Of a stretch of DNA of 64,000 bases, positions 58,813 to 64,000 are shown piece after piece. Numbering within the stretch: position 1 is the stretch's first letter; every line of letters starts with the position of its first letter. The DNA is from Blastocladiella emersonii ATCC 22665 (lineage: Eukaryota > Fungi > Blastocladiomycota), in assembly GCA_025594325.1 (NCBI GenBank), contig JANHCV010000014.1, positions 744,001 through 808,000 on the forward strand. Reading direction: 5' to 3'. The position numbers and the translations under genes are program-made. A model generated the notes under the pieces. The model saw nothing but the letters and a program-made list of their open reading frames with translations. It had not been told where the DNA came from and did not search any database.

Positions 58813-60449
58813 ACCAGTTTATCAATCAAGGTGGGAATTGAGCCGCTGAGCTGGTTGTTGAACAGGTACCTACACAAACCAAGCGCACAGTCAGCCACGT
58901 GTGGTGGTGCAGTCAAGGCGTGGTCGAGTGGCAACGTACAGATGTTGGAGGTTCACCAGTTTATCAATCGAAGTGGGAATCGAGCCGCTGAGCTGGTTGT
59001 TGAACAGGGACCTACAACAAACCGAGCGCACAGTCAGCCACGTGTAGTGGTGCAGTCAAGGCATGGTAGGGTGGCAATGAACAGATCGCAGAGGTTCACC
59101 AGCTTCTCAATTGAGGTGGGAATTGAGCCGTTGAGCTGGTTGGCGTACAGGCCCCTACACAAATCCAGCACACAGTCAGCCACGTGTGGTGGTACAGTCA
59201 AGGCGTGGTAGGGTGGCAACGTACAGAGTTTGGAGGTTCACCAGCTTCTCAATCGAGGTGGGAATCAAGCCGCTGAGCTCGTTGCCACCCAGGGACCTAC
59301 AACAAACCGAGCGCACAGTCAGCCACGTGTAGTGGTGCAGACAAGGCGTGGTAGGGTGGCAACGTACAGAGTTTGGAGGTTCACCAGCTTCTCAATCGAG
59401 GTGGGAATCGAGCCGCTGAGCTGGTTGAAGAACAGGGCCCTACACAAGTCCAGCATAAGTCCGATCCCGAGGGCCCATCCTTGCACCACGAGACGCACAG
59501 TTCCGTCAAGCGGCCACTCGCATCGCACTTGTTATGACGCCACTTGCAGCAGTCCGGATCCGTTGGCTTCCTGCCAGGCGGCCACTGGAAGTCATTGATG
59601 ACGACGGCGCAGTCGGCGCTTGGTGACAGCGACAACGACGACATGGATGGCAGAGTGCGGGACAGGGGCGCAAGAGCGCGGACTGGCGGCGGGGGCGCTC
59701 GGCCGATGTGCTGCACGAGGGCGGGTCGGGTCGGCCAAGCCGTTTGCACGCTCCGCCCGCCCGCCTGGATAAGGACGGCGGCGCCCATGTGGGCGCACTT
59801 CGCTGCGGTGGCGCTGTCACGCCTTCTCCGCGTGATGTCTCGCACCGCCCGCTTCCCCGCCACGCGACGCGACGCGCCGCGCCACCACGTGCGCGCACGG
59901 GCCCATCTTTGCCCGCGCCGCCGCCAGGGTGCAGGCCAGGAGGGCTCGGTGGCGCCGCTCCGCCCCTCTCGCCGCCTTCCCCCGTCGCTCCGCCATCTGC
60001 GCCTCTCCTCCATGAATCGATCTCATTGACTTGCTGCATTCTGCCCGCCAGGCCTTCGGCAACATCAGGCCGCCCGGCCCCGGGTCGCCAACCGTCACGG
60101 CGGCGTGGTCCGACCCGCTGGCACACTGTGCAGCCGGGCGTTTGGTCACTCTCGCGGCGGGCGGCGGGCGGCCGACGAATTCGCAGCCGAGGAGAACCCC
60201 ACTGATGACGAACCCACTCCCTGCAATCCCTTCATGAAGCAATTGAGAGTGGCCACGGTTGCGGTCCGGGGCCAGTTGGAAAAGATGCTCCACTCGATGG
60301 GCCCCTCGCCTGGCCAAAACACAAACTACTAACCACCGATGCACTCTGCTCACCGCGGGCGTCGATACATCATGACGATGACCGTCTCCTGTCAGGCACG
60401 AAAACTCATGTATTACTCGCTACCCCAGCTCCATCACCCCCCAACTCAA

Positions 60450-61053
60450 TCACATCACGACGGGCCCACGCACCGGCCGCCCCGCCCCCGTGAGCGCGCG
60501 CACGCCCGCAGCGAGGATGAGCGGGAACAGGCTGAGGTCGAACATGTCGAGGAGCGGGAGCCCGTACCGCTCCGGTGTGCGCTGGATCTCGGACAGGACC
60601 GTGGCCGAGAGAAGCACCGCGACCGTCGCCTTGCGCGCGACCGCCTCCTTACCCGTGCGCGCCGCGTACATGGCCCACGCGTAGACGACGAGCTGCACCG
60701 CCGACGCGGCGGCGATCCAGGCGCGCGCGGCCCAGCGCGAGTGGTGGAGCGCGATGAGAACGGAGCCGTCGGCGCGGCCACTGGCCGTCAGTGACTCGGC
60801 CATCCAGGTGATCGACTTGAGCTGCGACGGGCCGTCGAGCAGCTGCTCGGTCACCCACGCGAGCATGATCAGGCGGGCGATCTACGAGAGGCGGCGTGTG
60901 AGGTTGGAGGGGTAGAGTGGAAGTGAGAGCGGGCAGGCGTACGATCGCGACAACATCTAGGAACGTCTGGAAGTACGAGTCCTTGCACACGACACTCGGC
61001 TCCGCCGCCGCGGTCGGCTTGCCGGTCACTGTGTCCTTCTTGATGGTCGCCAT
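60450..61053 (-). CDS. Small multi-pass membrane protein (paralog of 11158-11758), intron 60882-60942
   Basis: MATIKKDTVTGKPT...VVAI|IARLIMLAWVTEQLLDGPSQL...ERYGLPLLDMFDLSLFPLIL; same intron position as the paralog. Confidence 0.8.
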
Positions 61054-61890
61054 GGTTGATTGAGTTCGCGTTGCGGGAGCGAGAGCCGGGTGCGAGCGAA
61101 CCTCAACGTTTTGAGCTTGCGCCCCCACGCCCGCGCATGAATCGGGGGCGAGTACCTGGCACGCGCGCGCCCCCGTGCAGAAGGATCGAAGGTCACCCGC
61201 TTCGCGCAGCCACGTCACCGAGTGCCACGTCAGCGAAACGCGCGCGCGATCTGCGCGGTGGCCGTGGTCGTGGCCGTGACCGTCGTGGCTTCTGTTTCCA
61301 CTCTTCACGATCGTTGACACGAGATTCTCTCGCCGCGCGTCTGACGCTCAAGCCCTTCGCCAGAGAAACGCGTGCGCGATATGCGAACGCGGTGGCTGCG
61401 GCCACGGCCATGGTGGTCGTGAGCTTCACTCGCATGTCTCGCGATCTTTGACGTGCGGAGGACTCGTCTCGCGAGCGAGAGAAACGGCCGAACCGAGCCG
61501 ATGTTGAGGGAGCGAGCCGTTCTCGTCCTCGTCCAACATCTCGCGGTCAACGATGTTCGCGTAGCTCTCGCTGAACTCGCGCGAGAGCCTCAGAGCGCGA
61601 GAAGCTGATGGTCGAGAGCGAGCGAGGAGTCGATCTTGGGTGAGACCAGGCTGATCAAGCGAAATGAGCAAGCTGAGCGAGCGAGAGACAAGAGCGAGAA
61701 CATTTGATTGAGCAGAGCAATATATCACGCAAAAACTACTAGTAAGAAAGAGAATAAGAGAACAACAAAAGAGGGGAACCATGGACGAGCGACACCAGCA
61801 GCCGCGAGCGGAGCGGAGCGAGCGAGAGCGCGAGGGCGGTCGGACAATCCCACCCTCACATCCGCGCGACCCGCGCGACCCGACGCGCGC

Positions 61891-64000
61891 TTAGGCCGAC
61901 GACTTGCCCATGACGAGCGCGAGGAGGGCCATGCGGACGTAGAGCCCGTAGCGCATCTGGCGGAAGTACGCCGAGCGGGCGTCGTAGTCGACGTCGGGGC
62001 TGATCTCGTTGATGCGCGGGAGCGGGTGCATGACGATCATGTGGTCCTTGGCCTTGGCCATCACGTCGTTGGTGATCACGTACGCGTCCTTGACGCGCTC
62101 GTACTCGGCGAGGTCGGTGCCGAACCGCTCCTTCTGCACGCGCGTCACGTACAGGACGTCCGTGGTGGCGATGAAGTCGTCGAGGTTGGTCGACGACACC
62201 TGCTTGACGCCGGCGGCGCGGAGCTCGGCCTGGATCTCGTCGGGCATGGCGAGCGACGCGGGGCTGCAGTAGTTTAGCTTGACGTCGTACATGGCGAGCA
62301 GCTTGACGAGCGAGTGGACCGTGCGCCCGTTCTTGAGGTCGCCGACGAGCGTGATTGTGAGCCCGTTGACGGACCCGAGCTCCTCGCGGATCGTGTACAC
62401 GTCGAGGAACGCCTGCGTCGGGTGCTCGCCGACGCCGTCGCCAGCGTTGATGACCGGGATCTTGGCCACCTTGGCGGCCAGAGACGCCGAACCCTTCTCG
62501 GGGTGGCGGAGGACGAGGCAGTCCGAGTACGCCGCGAGCGTGCGCACCGTGTCGGCAAAGGACTCGCCCTTGGCAATCGACGACGTGATCTGGTTGACGG
62601 CGAGCACGTTGCCGCCCAGGCGCTGCCACGCCGACTCGAACGAGCAGCACGTGCGCGTCGACGGCTCGTAGAACGCCGAGCACATGACGCGGCCCTGGAG
62701 GAAGTTGACCGCCTGCCCGCGCTCCACGAGGTTGCGCATCTCCTGCGCCACGTTGAACAGCGTGTGCAGCTCGTTGCGCGTGAACTGCTGCACCGAGAGC
62801 ACGTGCTTGCGGTAGAAGGGCGACTTGACGAGCGTCGCCGAGGCGGTCGCCGAGGCCAGCGTCGACGGCGTGGCGACCGAGCCCGACGTCAGGTACGACG
62901 TCGACCCGGCCTGCTGCGCGGCCGCCGCGAGGAGCTGCTGCTGCTGCGCCTGCGACGACGAGATGCGGCGCTTGCGGAGCTCGGCAATGTCGAGCACGTC
63001 GCCGTCGAGCGAGTCGAGGGCCATGGCGGCGGGCGTCGCCGCGACGGCCGTGGTCTTGGCGAACCGGGGCGACTTGAGGCCAGCAGCAGCGGCAGCCGCC
63101 GACGCGGGCGCCGAGGCGGGGACCGCGACCGAGCCGGGGGTCGTCGGGACCTGCGGGACGGCCGACGAGGTGACGGCGCCGACGTGGACGAGCGACGGCA
63201 GCGTCTCGGCGAACGTGCCGTCGAGGAACAGGGTCTTGTCCTGCATGAGCACGCGCGACACGACCGCGTCGGGGCGGTCCTCGAGCTCGATGGCCGACTC
63301 GACCTGGACGTCGAAGATGCGCTTGGGCGCGTAGTAGATCTTCTCGACGAGCTCGTCCTCGGACATGCCCTGCTTGTGCATCACGTCGAGCAGCTGCGAC
63401 AGGGCGTCGCGCTCCTCGCCCTTGCGGACGCCGAACGCGTCGACGACGTCGAGGTACTTCCAGTACATGGACCCGGTCGACGGCGCGGCCGCCGCGGCGA
63501 GCTGCGAGATGTGCGCGTCGCAGGTGACGTGCACGCCGCGCTCCTTGGCCATGGACACGAGCTCGACGTCGTCGGCGCGGAGCGCCGTGACGTGGACCGC
63601 CTTGTTGTGCATTGAGCACAGGAACAGGAGCGACGCGAGGGCGGCGCCCTGGGCCGACGTGACGAGGGGCTTGACGGCGGTCGAGATCTTGCGCGAGACG
63701 GTGGCGAGGTCGTTGGTGACCTCGGCCGACGTGACAGCCGTCGCGTCGACGCACGCCACGATGCCCGAGGCGAGGCACGTCTTGGCGTCGCGGGCGGGGT
63801 CGAGGACGATCCAGCCGGGCAGGCGCAGCGTCTTGTAGGACGTCTGGAAGTCGAGGGCGAGCACGTCGAACTTGGACTCGGGGTTGCGGGCGAGCGCCTC
63901 GATGAACAGCTTGGCGCACTTGACGTTGGTGATGAGCGGGACCGCGAGGTCGACGGCCATGCGGCGCGACCGGTACCCGCGCGACATGTACGACGCCGGC
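61891..64000 (-). CDS. URA2: URA2/CAD-type multifunctional pyrimidine enzyme, 3' part (end of CPSase MGS domain, inactive DHOase-like domain, ATCase)
   Basis: RRMAVDLAVPLITNVKCAKLF (CPSase end). ATCase motifs FYEPSTRT, HPTQAFLD, GDLKNGRTVHSL, MHPLPR, YFRQM. The DHOase region lacks the DxHVH metal motif, as in fungal Ura2. Runs off the window edge. Confidence 0.95.
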   Translation of the reverse strand, partial: PASYMSRGYRSRRMAVDLAVPLITNVKCAKLFIEALARNPESKFDVLALDFQTSYKTLRLPGWIVLDPARDAKTCLASGIVACVDATAVTSAEVTNDLATVSRKISTAVKPLVTSAQGAALASLLFLCSMHNKAVHVTALRADDVELVSMAKERGVHVTCDAHISQLAAAAAPSTGSMYWKYLDVVDAFGVRKGEERDALSQLLDVMHKQGMSEDELVEKIYYAPKRIFDVQVESAIELEDRPDAVVSRVLMQDKTLFLDGTFAETLPSLVHVGAVTSSAVPQVPTTPGSVAVPASAPASAAAAAAGLKSPRFAKTTAVAATPAAMALDSLDGDVLDIAELRKRRISSSQAQQQQLLAAAAQQAGSTSYLTSGSVATPSTLASATASATLVKSPFYRKHVLSVQQFTRNELHTLFNVAQEMRNLVERGQAVNFLQGRVMCSAFYEPSTRTCCSFESAWQRLGGNVLAVNQITSSIAKGESFADTVRTLAAYSDCLVLRHPEKGSASLAAKVAKIPVINAGDGVGEHPTQAFLDVYTIREELGSVNGLTITLVGDLKNGRTVHSLVKLLAMYDVKLNYCSPASLAMPDEIQAELRAAGVKQVSSTNLDDFIATTDVLYVTRVQKERFGTDLAEYERVKDAYVITNDVMAKAKDHMIVMHPLPRINEISPDVDYDARSAYFRQMRYGLYVRMALLALVMGKSSA

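Larger units (their letters stand above)
51622..59650 (-). pseudogene. LRR receptor-like protein (plant-type LRRNT cap, 72-nt one-LRR exons, single TM, short tail), disrupted by the copia insertion in LRR exon 5
   Basis: Cap DCCKWRHNKCDASGRLTEL. Exons 59368-59439, 59225-59296, 59083-59154, 58940-59011, 58813-58869 plus 52228-52242, 52104-52157, and 51622-52048. Repeat xLxxNQLSGSIPTSIEKLVNLxxL. TM segment LPLFLGIAIPIALLLATAAFLLG followed by RRRRR. The N-terminal start is not resolved. Confidence 0.85.

Noticed and set aside
58813-59440. Regular 142-143 bp periodic repeats resembling a CRISPR or satellite array
   Set aside because: They resolve into 72-nt LRR exons and GT-AG introns in a eukaryotic gene; there are no unique spacers or cas genes.
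61300-61890. GA-rich, repeat-like stretch downstream of URA2
   Set aside because: Low-complexity 3' UTR or intergenic sequence with no defined unit, termini or ORF.

Overview
This is eukaryotic DNA, most likely from a GC-rich early-diverging fungus. That is inferred from the short spliceosomal introns (about 55-70 nt, GTACGY...YAG) and a fungal-type URA2 with a degenerate dihydroorotase domain; a Blastocladiomycota-like organism fits but is unverified. Three GC-rich core-type genes are present: an ARM-like/SPRY gene (15.7-19.9 kb), a midasin/MDN1 that keeps all six AAA domains but lacks its C-terminal tail (26.7-35.8 kb), and the 3' part of URA2 (61.9-64 kb). They lie in an accessory region of multicopy families: ankyrin-like repeat genes (6 copies), large F-box-like genes (3), a multi-exon family of unknown function (about 7-8 members), a head-to-head ankyrin-like/LRR pair, two small membrane-protein paralogs and an LRR receptor-like gene with one LRR per exon. 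Mobile DNA comprises three deletion derivatives of one Helitron family, a 5'-truncated non-LTR retroelement and a full-length Ty1/copia element inserted into the LRR receptor gene. The strongest oddities are: (1) what looks like the 2-LTR circle of a roughly 320-bp mini-retroelement recombined into the copia primer-binding site; (2) the LRR exon-cassette gene, with variation concentrated at exposed positions; (3) Helitron termini mixing canonical TC/CTAG ends with Helitron2-type asymmetric inverted repeats; (4) the intact-then-decayed MIDAS-less midasin; (5) a stop at the same codon 13 in two otherwise open, diverged head-to-head paralogs. All calls come from reading the sequence by eye; no database searches were run.
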